Assembly: GCA_000004985.1 (NCBI GenBank)
Contig: GG738933.1
Strand: one strand, 5' to 3'
DNA from: Naegleria gruberi
Lineage: Eukaryota
Length of the DNA stretch: 64,000 nucleotides
Under the pieces are notes generated by a model, which saw nothing but the letters and a program-made list of their open reading frames with translations, did not search any database and was not told where the DNA came from. The translations under genes were made by a program, and so were the position numbers. Each line of letters begins with the position of its first letter. The first letter of the stretch is position 1. This document shows, piece by piece, positions 35,575-47,228 of this stretch.

Positions 35575-36339
35575 ATGCATCCACATCCTCATCATAATCA
35601 TCAAGCTGGTTGCGACTTGATTTGCCTGCAGGAAACTCATAAAGGATGGGAAAAGGCTCTAAATACATCTCTGATAATTTCCACTCATTTTCCTCATCAA
35701 TATTGGGATCATTCCAATGTGGAGCAGTGCAAACCGAGTGGAGCTGCTGTGTTGGCTAGGAGTTATTTGGATATTAAGGTAAGTGTTCTGGAGAGTGGTG
35801 TAGAGGGTTCTGTCTTTCCTGCCCTGCATGTTCTTGTGAAGGATAGGAGGAATGGCCACTCTTTTCAAGTGTTGAGTGTTCACTTGAGACCACCTCTTGG
35901 ATTTGATGATAACCAGAGGGCGAATATTGAACTGTCAGCTCTGTGGACAACTAGCTCAATACGTTTGAAGGAGATGCAGAGCTATTTGGAACAAGCTCTC
36001 AGATTGAGTTCACTTCCCTTGTTAATTGTTGGAGATTTTAATGAATCTTTTGAATCTGGAAGTTGGCTCTCTCCATCCTATGCAGATTTCCTGATGGAAA
36101 AGAAGGTATGTTATTTAGAATTTGAATTGTCTTTTTCATTTGAATAGTTTGTTGATGCATTGGATAATGAAACGAGTTGGTATTGGCCATTAAGATGGAA
36201 TATTTCAATGTGGGCATCGTTTGATCACATTCTTTATAAGAAGGAGGAGTTTGAAGTGGTGGAAAAGAAGATATTGGTGGAATTTAAAGAGAATGCTTCA
36301 GACCATTTGCCTTGCTTGGCAAGATTGAAAACAAGGTGA
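35575..36339 (+). CDS. Endonuclease/exonuclease/phosphatase (EEP) family protein (>=2 exons; 5' end uncertain)
   Basis: It has the motifs CLQE, GDFN and SDHLP. A 42-nt GTATGT...AATAG intron spans 36106..36147 and exon 2 is 36148..36339. The in-frame sequence upstream to ~35405 encodes SILSYNVNFAG, the EEP N-terminal motif, but contains no ATG. An upstream exon is likely. Confidence 0.55.
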
Positions 36340-36405
36340 AAAATACAATCTCCCTTACAAATCTGTTTAAAATCAATTACGGTAATCTTTATTTATTGAT
36401 AAGAA

Positions 36406-36478
36406 GCCGACATAGCTCAGTTGGGAGAGCGTAAGACTGAAGATCTTAAGGTCCCTGGTTCGATCCCTGGTGTCGGCA
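36406..36478 (+). tRNA. tRNA-Phe (anticodon GAA)
   Basis: GCCGACATAGCTCAGTTGGGAGAGCGTAAGACTGAAGATCTTAAGGTCCCTGGTTCGATCCCTGGTGTCGGCA. It is close to canonical tRNA-Phe, with one T-T mismatch in the T-stem. Confidence 0.8.
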
Positions 36479-36707
36479 AATTTTAGTTGCAAGATAAAGG
36501 CAATTTTTTGTGGATCCTTGGCTCTGTTAATTGTGGAGATTGAACATTATTCAAAATGATGTTTATTTTCTTGGTTTCTTTCTAGTTGTAAATCAAGTAT
36601 TTTGTCTTCCAATGACTTTGGAAATAATCTCATCTACTTGATCATAATTCAAAAATTGTCTCCCACTCTTTAATCACAATTTTCTTTTATTTACTATTTA
36701 CATGCAA

Positions 36708-37745
36708 CTACCTGTTCAAATACCATTCCAAGACAAGTCCTAAAACTAGTGAGGCCATTGAAAAAGCCAACATGTACCAGGTAATTTCCAAAAAGACATA
36801 GGCAAAGCCACCTACTGTTCTCTTTGCAATTCTGACCATGAGATACCTGAATATTTGAAACACCACCCTGATATAACTTGCCTTTGCTAGTCCTTCTCCA
36901 TTTCTAAACATTTCTATCAAGTTTTTGTGAGCTATCGAATTGAATCTTACTTGTTTAAACAATTCTAAGGATTTGAATGGATTTTTAGAAATGACACCGT
37001 CAGGAGAACCACTTCTCAAGAGGAGTGCTTGTTCCAAGATTGCCTTCTTGTAGTTTCTTGAAGCAGCAACATTAAAATGATCCATTGCCCTTTCGTATTG
37101 TTTAGTTTTAAGGTAAAACTTTCCCAATGCATAGTGAGCAAAATTGGAATCAAATATTTCAACCAATTCAATCAAATAGGTTTCAACAGTCGATTCAACA
37201 AGTTTCTGATTCGTCCAATCTCTGGATGCATCATATTTTGCAAGTAAGGTTTCGTATTTTCCAACTCTGACTGTCGAAACAAATCCCAAATAGGAAATAG
37301 TGGCCAGAAGTAATTGAGCTTGCTTTAATCCATTTTCAGAAGCCATTACAAGAGGTGACACATCATCAATAATTTGCTTTGAATCGAACAATAGTAAGCT
37401 ATGTAAATAGAGAGCAACTTGATTATTGTTTTGGAAAGTGTAGAATCCGAACCAATTTTTAGTAAATTCGCCAAGTTTCTTATTTGCATAGGCATAGTTT
37501 TGTTTTCTCATTTCTGAGGATATTTCTTGTACTAGATAGTCAGGCATGGAATAGTTGTGATAGGATCGGAATGTAGATGATCCACTAGTAGTATTGGTGA
37601 ATGAAATGTTGTGTGAAATAGGTTTCGTCGAGTTTCCTTTTTGTCCAAAGAAGATTAATCTCTTAACAAAGTTGAGAATAGGACCTGAACTTTCAGAAGC
37701 TTTGATTATATTTCTGACAATTGGTGTTGATGATCTTGATAACAT
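36708..37745 (-). CDS. Sel1/TPR-like repeat protein with a C-terminal TM segment (possibly mitochondrial)
   Basis: 345 aa. The motif HYALGKFYLKTKQYERAMDHFNVAASRNYKKA is Sel1-like. The C-terminus is hydrophobic. Confidence 0.35.
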   Translation of the reverse strand: MLSRSSTPIVRNIIKASESSGPILNFVKRLIFFGQKGNSTKPISHNISFTNTTSGSSTFRSYHNYSMPDYLVQEISSEMRKQNYAYANKKLGEFTKNWFGFYTFQNNNQVALYLHSLLLFDSKQIIDDVSPLVMASENGLKQAQLLLATISYLGFVSTVRVGKYETLLAKYDASRDWTNQKLVESTVETYLIELVEIFDSNFAHYALGKFYLKTKQYERAMDHFNVAASRNYKKAILEQALLLRSGSPDGVISKNPFKSLELFKQVRFNSIAHKNLIEMFRNGEGLAKASYIRVVFQIFRYLMVRIAKRTVGGFAYVFLEITWYMLAFSMASLVLGLVLEWYLNR

Positions 37746-38011
37746 TTTTTTTGTGTTGTTTCGTATTCAAACTTTTTCAAACTATTTATATTGTTTTTGG
37801 AATAGTTATAAATAAATCATTTTAATGATTGCAAGGACTTTCAATCAAAATCCTTTTTATAAAATTTCAACAAGTTATTTCTGTTTAATCACCTTGAGAA
37901 TCCAGAATACTAAATTTATCTCAGGTTTAGTATTTAAGTAAAAAGGAAATGAACATTTTCATCAAAATATTTATTTACAATACTTTACAATGTTAATATT
38001 TTACATTCCTG

Positions 38012-38782
38012 CTATTTTCTAAAAACAGGTTTTTCCAGAACTTTGATTTTTGTAATGTGAATTTCTTCCTCTAGCGGATAAATATTTTCACATCTTGTTC
38101 GAATTTCATTGCTCATTCCACATTTGATAGCCATTCGTTCAACAAATTCAAGGATTTTCATTTGGGATATTTTCTTTGAAATGACATCTGTCATAACAGT
38201 TCTGATTTTCTTGATTTGAGACTTGTTGGCATAGGATGTCTTTTTAAATTGCAAAGCTTTCATTCTTGTGCTTGCTATCATGAATATTCTAATCTTGTAT
38301 CCATCCAAACTCTTAAATTCATGATTCAAAGTGATGGTTGAGTGAAATCGTTTCGTCAAAGTTGCCAATTTATCTTTGGTCAATCTGAATCCATTAAATT
38401 CTGTGTCTGCATGTTGTGGTATCGGAATGTTATTGATCTTCAAGTTTACAATATTATAATTCATTTCCTCTTTGATTGATGGCATAATGTCAGGAGCCGA
38501 AACTTCCAATGTTCGATTGAGCACTTTTTCAAACGTTGGTGTATGGTTGACAGTTTTTTTCAATTTTTCCTGCAAGTGAATAGTGTGCTTTGATTCTGTA
38601 ATTGGTGTCACTAAAGGAGGATAGCTCCCTTGATTAGTGACAGTTGCAAATTCCATATACTTTGATTTTTCATAGCAAAGATATGGTGACTGGATGAGAA
38701 AGTATTGTTTTCTAAATTCAAATTGTGGTAATCTGTGCCTCACTTTCCTTCTAGATAGAAATGCGCTTTTTTTGGCAGGCAT
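38012..38782 (-). CDS. Hypothetical basic protein
   Basis: 256-aa ORF with an ATG start and coding-like composition. No domain recognised. Confidence 0.3.
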   Translation of the reverse strand: MPAKKSAFLSRRKVRHRLPQFEFRKQYFLIQSPYLCYEKSKYMEFATVTNQGSYPPLVTPITESKHTIHLQEKLKKTVNHTPTFEKVLNRTLEVSAPDIMPSIKEEMNYNIVNLKINNIPIPQHADTEFNGFRLTKDKLATLTKRFHSTITLNHEFKSLDGYKIRIFMIASTRMKALQFKKTSYANKSQIKKIRTVMTDVISKKISQMKILEFVERMAIKCGMSNEIRTRCENIYPLEEEIHITKIKVLEKPVFRK

Positions 38783-39140
38783 TTTTTTTTAATCTTCCAG
38801 TTCAAATTGCCAGTTTCTAATAATAAATTGAAACCATTTCGTAGTAATGGACGTATTTTCTGAAAATGAAAAGATAGTTTTTCGTTTGTTGTAATTTCTT
38901 ATTGAGAACTCAGTAACAAAGATGTCCCTTAATGTTGTTGAGTGGTGAACAATATTCATTTTGCTTGACTTCAATTGATCGAACATGGTAACTATCGCTG
39001 TCACGCGTCAAGAATCTATTTCAAGAAATAATTGTTGACAGAAGAATATTCAAACAAATCACAAAAAAACAAAGCCAACTAACATTCTCCACAAACCACT
39101 TCCAAGATTGGCATGTTTGCATACCATCTAATAACTTCCC

Positions 39141-42100
39141 ATGCCACATCACACAAGACAGGATTTATCCGAATCTTGTGATTCATCCAATAATAACAAT
39201 AACTCTTTCATTCCCTTCTATATGAGGGATGATTTACCAACCAACAGACAATCAAAAGCAAGAGTCAACCAGAGAAGAAGAAGAAAAACCGTTCAAGATG
39301 TTCTCCAACAAAAGGTTTCTGCTTCTCCTTCGAATAATAATAATTTGATATCAGCTGCTGCTGGACCTAATATTCAACATCCTTCCTCTAATAATATTAA
39401 TATTAATAATAATTTGAATAATAGTAATGGAGGTTTCTTGTCATCTCTTCAACAACAACAACAGAATAATAATAATAATAATTATACATCATCAACTAAT
39501 ATTCATCATCAACCTCCGTTGGCTCCCAAACCTCCTCAATTATTAAGTAATAATAATAATATTCTAATGGAATTCATTCGGTTGCAACAAATACACCACT
39601 GAATATTCTACCAAAGACTTTAATGCAACAAACAAAACAAATTAATTCTCATCCTCATCCGCACCAACAACAACATCATCATCATGTACCAATTCTTCCA
39701 AAGCAACAACCTTCCATATCACCTCGACCTCCTCCGACTGCGCATGTTAATCCAAATCAATATCCTCTACCATTCCCTCCTTCTCCCCTCACCTACCAAC
39801 ACTACTATCAACAACAACAACAATACGCTCTCAATCAAAACAGCAGCAACAATAATCAACAATCCGTAACGACACCTCCTCAAGGCATTTTCCCCGCTCA
39901 AACTTTTACAGAAATTACAACAAAATTTGGCGGCAGTGTGCAATATAGAAATCGAAAAAGTTTGGGAAGCGAGCAAGAAAAATTGTCATCGTCATCTTCC
40001 TCCTCGCACTCAGATGTGATTCATCACCATCATCACAACATTAATAGTAGTAGTAACAATTTTAGTGGTGGAGAGAAACAACGAATTCAATTAGGGCTAC
40101 ATCAACAACAACAACATCATGGAATTATTTCTACGAGTGCTGCCTCGAATAATATTGAAAGTAGTGTGGTAATTATTGGAGAGAGTAGGAGACCAACAAT
40201 AGCAAATAGTATAAATAATAATGGAAAGGGTAGTGGAGAGGAAATGTTGATTGATTCAACTCCAACTCCAAAGGTATTTACACCAAGAACGACGAGTAGT
40301 AGCATGGTAAAGAAGGAAGAGCATGAAGGAAAGAAGCCATTGTCAATTTCATCATTTCTCTCTGCTCAATCTGGTAATCCTACGGCTTCAGCATCATCAG
40401 CAAGTAGAGCTCCAACTTCTCCACGTTCCAATTATATTAATGGAGTCAAGACTGTTTCTACAGCAGCTGTTCACAGATTGAAACGTTTGCAACAACAGAT
40501 TCGTTCCTCTGATTTGCATGCTATCAACTCATCTGCACAAGTATTGAACTATTTAAAGATGGTACAACAACAGCAACAAGCTTATATTCAACAAAGAATG
40601 ATGCTTCAATCAAGTTCCATTCCTTCCCTGAATATTTCTGTCAATCATATTAAGAATCAATTGTACAATCCTAACTCTGTAACTCCATCTTCCACAGCAA
40701 CAAATGCTGCTGCCAACAATAATTCACAAGAATATTTACCATCTACCTTTATACCTTCCTATCAATTGGATCCAACTGTGGATATGATGATTTCTAATTG
40801 GGAAAATCAAATCAGACAACGTCAACGACAACAGAAAATGCAAAAGTATAGAGTTCCAAATCTTCGTATTCCTCCACAAGATTTTGCCTCTAACTTTATG
40901 ATTGATTCCTCATCGAGTGGAGGAAGCAGTAAGGGATCTCATTCAGATCGTTCTGAAGCTTGGATGAGTGCACGATTTGCAAGCTCCACCATCAGTAGTG
41001 GAAGAGGAACACTAAGTAGTGGACTGGGAATTTCTCCACTCAATTCACCTAGTTCTTCTTGTGGAACTGTTAGTGACTGTGGTGTGCACTATACTGCCGA
41101 TCCAAATGATCTCATATCACCTAGGATTCAACATCATTCCAGACATAGTCACATGCTCATTACTGCCGAACAATTGTCTCCAGAGGATGGAGACAATGAT
41201 GACGAAGATGATGAGGATGGAGACACACTCATGATTGATGATTCTTCCCCAACAGCTCCTAACAAGGTTCTTCCACCAATTTCTACTTTGAATTTACCAC
41301 CACTCAACTTGCTCTCTATTTCTCCTAGTACTGGTGATCATCAACAAGATCATTCTAAGAGTTGTCCAAATTCTGTCTCTAATAGGGAAAGTGACCAAGG
41401 AATTCAAACACTGTTTGGTTCAGGAAGTCACAAATCAGTTCAACCAAATCCAATTTCACTCAACAATACACCACCAGTGAGTCATGGTACTACATATAGA
41501 CCAGAAGGATTCATTACACATCGTTCACATCAACAACACTATATCAATAATCATCATTCTAATTTAACATCATCGTCAGGAAAACAAATTCATCACCAAG
41601 TTCATTCTACCCAACGAAGAGTTGATTCTCAACATGTTGAAAGTTTAATTTCCTCAACCAATGTATGTCCATCTCCAAAACGTTCAAACCATCAATATCA
41701 TCCATATCCTCTCACCAGTCCTAGATCTAAAAAGAAGAAGGTATCCACTCAAGATCAACCAACAGAGATTGAATCTATTTCATTCAATTTCCCTCCACCT
41801 CCTACTTCAAATCCATCTGAGTCATCATCCAATGAACAAGTTGCCAATCAGGAAGAAATTCAACAACGTATGTCCATGCAACTTTTCCAAGCCATTTTCA
41901 GACATACACCTCTACCAATGTTCATTCTCAATTCCAAGGGTAAATTCATGTCTGTTAATCATGCCTTTGTTAACATGCTAGGTTATAATCAAGAGGATCT
42001 CTTTTCCAACAAGTTTGCCTCTGAATTTGTTTCGAATGAACACGAATTGATGCAACAAATTCACAAATGCTCACACGAGGGAGGACTGAACAATGGAGTA

Positions 42101-42256
42101 GCAAATCAACAACACTATTCATTGTCTTTTAAGGATTATGAAGGATTGGAAATTCAAGCAGAAAATACCATTTACGTTCTCAGAGATGTCATGTATGCAG
42201 GAGAATTCTTTGTATTCACAGTTACCAACTATCAATCTTCTGCCTCACGTGAATAA
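39141..42256 (+). CDS. Large N/Q/S-rich low-complexity protein with a C-terminal PAS-like domain (two ORF segments, 39141..39602 and 39623..42256)
   Basis: Homopolymeric N, Q and H tracts. The C-terminus LFQAIFRHTPLPMFILNSKGKFMSVNHAFVNMLGYNQEDLFSNKF...IYVLRDVMYAGEFFVFTVTNYQ is PAS-like. The second segment's frame is open upstream across the first segment's stop. The two are therefore probably one gene, separated by a frameshift or a small intron. Confidence 0.45.
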
Positions 42257-42493
42257 ATTGATGACTTTGAATTTCTCATTAGATCATTTTACTGTTTGAA
42301 CTAAGCGCTTGGATTGATTGGGAAAATAATAATTAGCCAGACATGTAATGAAGTATTTGAAAAAGCTACTTTAAGAAAGTTAGACGAAACTTGTACATTC
42401 TAAAATAGGAAAAACACTTGACAATTCAAACGCTTCTTTGATATTTAAACAATCACATGTGGGAAGAACCAACAACATCATTATCAAAAAAAA

Positions 42494-43936
42494 ATGTTTT
42501 TTCAATTGATTAACAACTTGCCCATCTATGCAAAAAACTTCATTTCTCTAATGGGACGCTCAAACGTTCTTCCAATTGACTTGATGGTTCTTGTCAAGGA
42601 ATTTACAGAGGCACTCATTGTAACTATCTTCTATCCAGTTGTTACATTTGTTGGATTGTATCTCCAATTCATTAGATGGATTTGGGTCATGCTATTCAGA
42701 ATGACAGTTCCAGCTCCTCAACAATTGGCATCTGGCATTCAAATCAAATCATGTATCATTACTGGTATTGCATCCAATGAAGAAATGGGTAGCAATCTAT
42801 CCAACTCCAACACTGACAACACCATTGCCATGGCATACTCTTTGGCTAAGAGTTTGTGTTACAGTTGGATGAAAATCTTGGAACAAAACATTGGAGCCGA
42901 TCAGGAACATCGAATGATTACCTTGGTTGGACGTTCTGATGATTATTTGAGCGAGATGAGAGAAAGTTTGATTAAAGAGTTGGGAGAATCTTTCGTAAAG
43001 AATATTGAGATTCGTATTAAGGTTGGAGATGCTTCAGATGAAGACAAGATTAGAAAGATTGTTACTGAGTATGATTATGATTTGGTAATTGCTTGTCAAC
43101 CTTGTGGATTTGTAACCACTGCAGAAGAAGGAAAATCAAGACAACCTGTCAGAAGACGTGACATTAAGGGAACTTCTTTCAAGCAAGGTGAAGATAAGAA
43201 AGTTTCTCCTCGTCGTACTAACTCTACATCTTCATCATCCTCATCAACTGATCAAGATAGAGAAATTGACAATTCTTTCACCAATTTGACAATTATTGGA
43301 GAAGAAACCATTCGTCAACAATTCGCCAACATTATTCAACCAACTTTGAACACCATCTTGCCAGCAATTAAGCAAGCCAACGAAAGAGGAGTGATCAACT
43401 CACCAAAACATGTCGTTGTTGGTTTAGTTAATGAAGTAGATCCAACAGTTTCTAATCATTTCGTCAATGAATTTGCTCTCCAATTGCCAAGAGTTGTCTT
43501 TACACAAATTTCCTCATTGGTCAACCGTTCTCTCTCCACCGAAACTCTCTTTGGAAATCAAACTATTAGAAACCAAATCGTCGAAACTGACCTACCAACC
43601 AAATCTCAATTAGTTTTCCAAATGATTAATCCAATCACCAACATGACAGATAGGAGATTCAATCAATCTGTTTCCTCTACATATCAATTCTCCACCTCTG
43701 CATCAACTTCTTCAACCTCTCAAAATGGTAAAGATAAGAGATCTCTCACCAATCCAATTCTTCCTCAATTCTTGGATAGGATTCCATCTCAAATCTCCAA
43801 TCAAATTCTTAAGGAAATTTACAAGGGAATTGAAGTGATTGATGTTAATCTTCCAATTCGATATGCCTCCGAAAGATTCCTCTCCGTATTGCCTCATTCC
43901 ATTGGTCAATTCACAAGAACTATTTTTAATTTGTAA
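42494..43936 (+). CDS. Hypothetical membrane-anchored protein (N-terminal TM, weak Rossmann-like IITGIAS)
   Basis: 480-aa ORF with an ATG start. It has a serine-rich linker. Confidence 0.3.
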   Translation: MFFQLINNLPIYAKNFISLMGRSNVLPIDLMVLVKEFTEALIVTIFYPVVTFVGLYLQFIRWIWVMLFRMTVPAPQQLASGIQIKSCIITGIASNEEMGSNLSNSNTDNTIAMAYSLAKSLCYSWMKILEQNIGADQEHRMITLVGRSDDYLSEMRESLIKELGESFVKNIEIRIKVGDASDEDKIRKIVTEYDYDLVIACQPCGFVTTAEEGKSRQPVRRRDIKGTSFKQGEDKKVSPRRTNSTSSSSSSTDQDREIDNSFTNLTIIGEETIRQQFANIIQPTLNTILPAIKQANERGVINSPKHVVVGLVNEVDPTVSNHFVNEFALQLPRVVFTQISSLVNRSLSTETLFGNQTIRNQIVETDLPTKSQLVFQMINPITNMTDRRFNQSVSSTYQFSTSASTSSTSQNGKDKRSLTNPILPQFLDRIPSQISNQILKEIYKGIEVIDVNLPIRYASERFLSVLPHSIGQFTRTIFNL

Positions 43937-44119
43937 TTTATATATAAAAAAAAATTTTGTAATTTCTAAATCCAAAAGCCTTAATAAGAAGTAAATGACC
44001 AAATCAAATCAAATCAAATCGCATTTTCGAGAAGGAGCAGAATCTTCTTGATAACTTCGATATGCGCGCGTTCACATTCAAATTGGTCTCTTGCGCTTAG
44101 ATTCCCTTAGTAAAAAAAA

Positions 44120-44773
44120 ATGCCACCAAAACAAAATCTCTCACGGATGGGATCTCGGCGAATCGATTCAAACAATAATCTTCAAATGCTATCTAATTTT
44201 AAACTTCCCTCAACGGCAACGCTTGGATCACTGCCCTCACAATATCATCAGAATAATCGATATGCTGTTTGCGATACTGATTCACAGTGTAGTGATGGAA
44301 TGAGCATTGCTAGCTCTGAGGAATCATCACCTGTTCCTACCCGACATTCATCACCTTCTAATAATGCAGCTGCAGCAGCCATGAGAAGTAAATATAATGC
44401 ATCACCTTTGCATAGTAGAACAGGAGGAGTATTGACCATGTCGATGAGTCCTTTGAATAATTTAAATAAGACTCCTCCACCTGGGATATTTATTGAGCAG
44501 AAATCATCAGCTGTCTTTTCAAAAACCAAGAACCTTAATACTAGTCCATCAAGCCCAAATACTTCTCCTCATAAGGATTTATCAAGTCCTTCCTTGTACT
44601 TTCAACGAAAACAATTATCACCCACACACCATCATCAGAGTCAGTATGTAAAGAAGGGATTGGAATTAGCCTCAGAGGTCTATCAAATAGCCCCAAAACG
44701 AAACCGCAGTTCAAAAACCAGACTCGTCACCAGAAGAACCTCCATGCAAAGCAGCACCCTAACTACAAAGTGA
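44120..44773 (+). CDS. Hypothetical S/P/N-rich low-complexity protein
   Basis: 217-aa ORF with an ATG start. Confidence 0.3.
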   Translation: MPPKQNLSRMGSRRIDSNNNLQMLSNFKLPSTATLGSLPSQYHQNNRYAVCDTDSQCSDGMSIASSEESSPVPTRHSSPSNNAAAAAMRSKYNASPLHSRTGGVLTMSMSPLNNLNKTPPPGIFIEQKSSAVFSKTKNLNTSPSSPNTSPHKDLSSPSLYFQRKQLSPTHHHQSQYVKKGLELASEVYQIAPKRNRSSKTRLVTRRTSMQSSTLTTK

Positions 44774-45504
44774 GTGTCCATGTGGAATGAGCTGTGATTT
44801 TGAGCTGAAGATATTGTTATTGTTGTGAAAAGTTCAAGAATGGGAACTATGAAAGAGCCTATTAAGTAAATTGCGGAGCGATAGAGGAGAAGATATTCTT
44901 AATAGATCCTGATGAATAAGATTTTCAGGAAATGCTAGAAATTGAGATCCAACTGTGAAATTTTTTAGTGTCTCTTTGAAGCACCACTGACTGTAAAATT
45001 TTCAATGACGTGATTGGTTTGTTTCTTAACAAAGGAAACAACAGTATCCATTGCCATCTTATTTCCCTTGACTTGTGGCAGTTGAGTGACATACAAGAGA
45101 TTGGCCTTGGTAGTGTTTTGTAAGAAACGATTCCATCCATAACCAATAATAGCATCTTCCACACGAGTAGCATGAGTAGGATCTGAATTATAACTCATTG
45201 GTTGATTTGGAACCATATAAACAATGGCAGTAACACTTTTAGTCGAAACTGCAGTATCATATACGAAAGTAGGAACATGAATTGGAGAAGCAGTCAAATC
45301 AGTAGCACCAGGGACTGCCAAATTATTATCACCATTAGAAATAAAGAATAAACTTTCACGATTATTCTTATTCAAAGGAATAATTAAATCTAAATTCATC
45401 ATTGAATTCTTGTTCTTTAATACAAGACAACCAATTAAAAGACGGTACAAGATAAGGAAAAGAATTTTAGCAAATCCACAAGTTCAATTGAAATAGGAAG
45501 ATGT

Positions 45505-46209
45505 TTAATTGCAAAGTGAAAGAGAATTATCATTTTGAGAACAAGCACCAATCTTACCAATTTGTTGACTATCAAAATTAGTGCATTGTGGACTTATATT
45601 ACGAGGAGCATACTTAATAGAGGAGAAATCAGTTGAGTTGCATCTATACATTTGTGTATATTCATACATGTCAAAGCAAGAGTCAGTTCTATAAGCAGAA
45701 GCACCAACTAACATGTCATTACCTGTTCTTCCACATTGATTATCCTTTGCATTCAAGTGGAGTTGATAATTCAATGTCCACAACAATTTAATTCCATACT
45801 TTTCTGAATTGACCACAAAATCAGGCAATTTACCACATCCATACATTTCATTGAGTGAATTACATTGATACAATTCGTAGCTACTATTGTCGACACAATC
45901 CTTGCAACCTTTCTTACATAAATTCTTAATGGTGGCTGTTTTAGAACTGCATTCATATTTGGCATAACCATATTCATAGCCAGTTCTTTCGAAACATGAT
46001 CCATTTAGTGGTTGTGATGGATTCAATGGTGAGATAATCTTATTTAAACCAATTGATTGAATAGTTTCTGGTTGACAAGTGGATGAACTGAATGAGATAG
46101 AGTAGAAGAAATCACCTTCTAGTTCTCTGATACGAGCACATGCACACATACATGCGCACAATAATAGAAATGCGAATGCAACTAATGTTCTCGGTTGAAT
46201 TGACTTCAT
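45505..46209 (-). CDS. Secreted cysteine-rich protein
   Basis: Signal peptide MKSIQPRTLVAFAFLLLCACMCACA. There are about 22 Cys residues and N-glycosylation sites. Confidence 0.45.
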   Translation of the reverse strand: MKSIQPRTLVAFAFLLLCACMCACARIRELEGDFFYSISFSSSTCQPETIQSIGLNKIISPLNPSQPLNGSCFERTGYEYGYAKYECSSKTATIKNLCKKGCKDCVDNSSYELYQCNSLNEMYGCGKLPDFVVNSEKYGIKLLWTLNYQLHLNAKDNQCGRTGNDMLVGASAYRTDSCFDMYEYTQMYRCNSTDFSSIKYAPRNISPQCTNFDSQQIGKIGACSQNDNSLSLCN

Positions 46210-46393
46210 TTTTTTTGATGAGAGAATTAGTCCATTCGAAATCTATGGACTGTTTTTTTAGACCTGTTTTTTACTCCGTATGGGCTCCGAAACAATCTCC
46301 TGGAAGTAACTTACAATGAATTAATTAGTGTGAAAAAAGAAAGGATTCGGCATTCTGACCAATTTATTGCGCACCATCAATTTTGTTTACAAT

Positions 46394-47092
46394 TCATTCC
46401 ACCACTTTGTAAACTTCGAAATCTTCAACTAGGAAATTGAATCCTCCAAAATATTGTCTCTTTTCATCAGGGACAATATTATTAGGGAATTCATCATCAA
46501 ATACTTGATTAATCTCTCTCTGTGGTAATTTGCACTCTGGTAAAATGTAATCCTGGGTGGCATTGTGTGAACTAGAATAGGTAGATGTATTTGCATCACC
46601 ACACACCCAAAAGCAATAACCAAATGCAAACAAATACAATGAGCTATATCTGTACAATGCATGAATATTGTGGTCATGCATTAATCTGAAAATATACAAT
46701 GTGTTATCGTCAAATCTAAACGTAAATGATTCCTCATCCTTTACATTACTTCCTCTTTGATCAAGTTTCAAAGTTTCTTTCGTATATCCTCCAAATAAAT
46801 CTCCTCCTTTAGATTTAACAATAATTACAATTTTCCCCTGATCTTCGCAACGTTTACGAAATTCCACCTCTGAAAATCCATCCCTACTCGCTCTAAATAT
46901 TAATTTTGGACTTCGATGAGTCTTCAATTCTCCTCTAAATAATTGATAATATTGAGTGAAGGAAATCAATGGACTTTGAAATTTGGCATCATTCCGATAG
47001 AAATTAGTGAGTGAACGTGATCCGATGTGATGATCTAGCTTGATCACGACCGATTCTCCGATTGGTTCTTCGTAAAAGTTTGATTTTTGCAT
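46394..47092 (-). CDS. TLDc-domain protein
   Basis: KLIFRASRDGFSEVEFRKRCEDQGKIVIIVKSKGGDLFGGY matches the TLDc consensus (LLY..SRDGFS...FH..CD..GPTL.LI....G.IFGGY). Confidence 0.5.
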   Translation of the reverse strand: MQKSNFYEEPIGESVVIKLDHHIGSRSLTNFYRNDAKFQSPLISFTQYYQLFRGELKTHRSPKLIFRASRDGFSEVEFRKRCEDQGKIVIIVKSKGGDLFGGYTKETLKLDQRGSNVKDEESFTFRFDDNTLYIFRLMHDHNIHALYRYSSLYLFAFGYCFWVCGDANTSTYSSSHNATQDYILPECKLPQREINQVFDDEFPNNIVPDEKRQYFGGFNFLVEDFEVYKVVE

Positions 47093-47228
47093 TTTTTTTT
47101 TAAAATTGTAAAAAAACTAAAAATACAACAAGTTCAAATTTCATAATAATTTTACAAAAAAGTTCATTTATTGAATTTTTGTAAACTTTAGGGAAGATAG
47201 ATTGAATTTTTTAAATGATTTGTTTTAT

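Noticed and set aside
44003-44027. (AAATC)5 microsatellite and poly-CAA/GAT codon repeats elsewhere
   Set aside because: Ordinary microsatellites and homopolymeric codon runs typical of this genome. Not reported as separate features.
44965-45450. 161-aa ORF on the minus strand (MYRLLIGCLVLK...)
   Set aside because: Its start codon is TTG. The hydrophobic N-terminal stretch has no in-frame ATG and no convincing upstream exon was found. It may be an exon of an unresolved gene, but I could not support a model.
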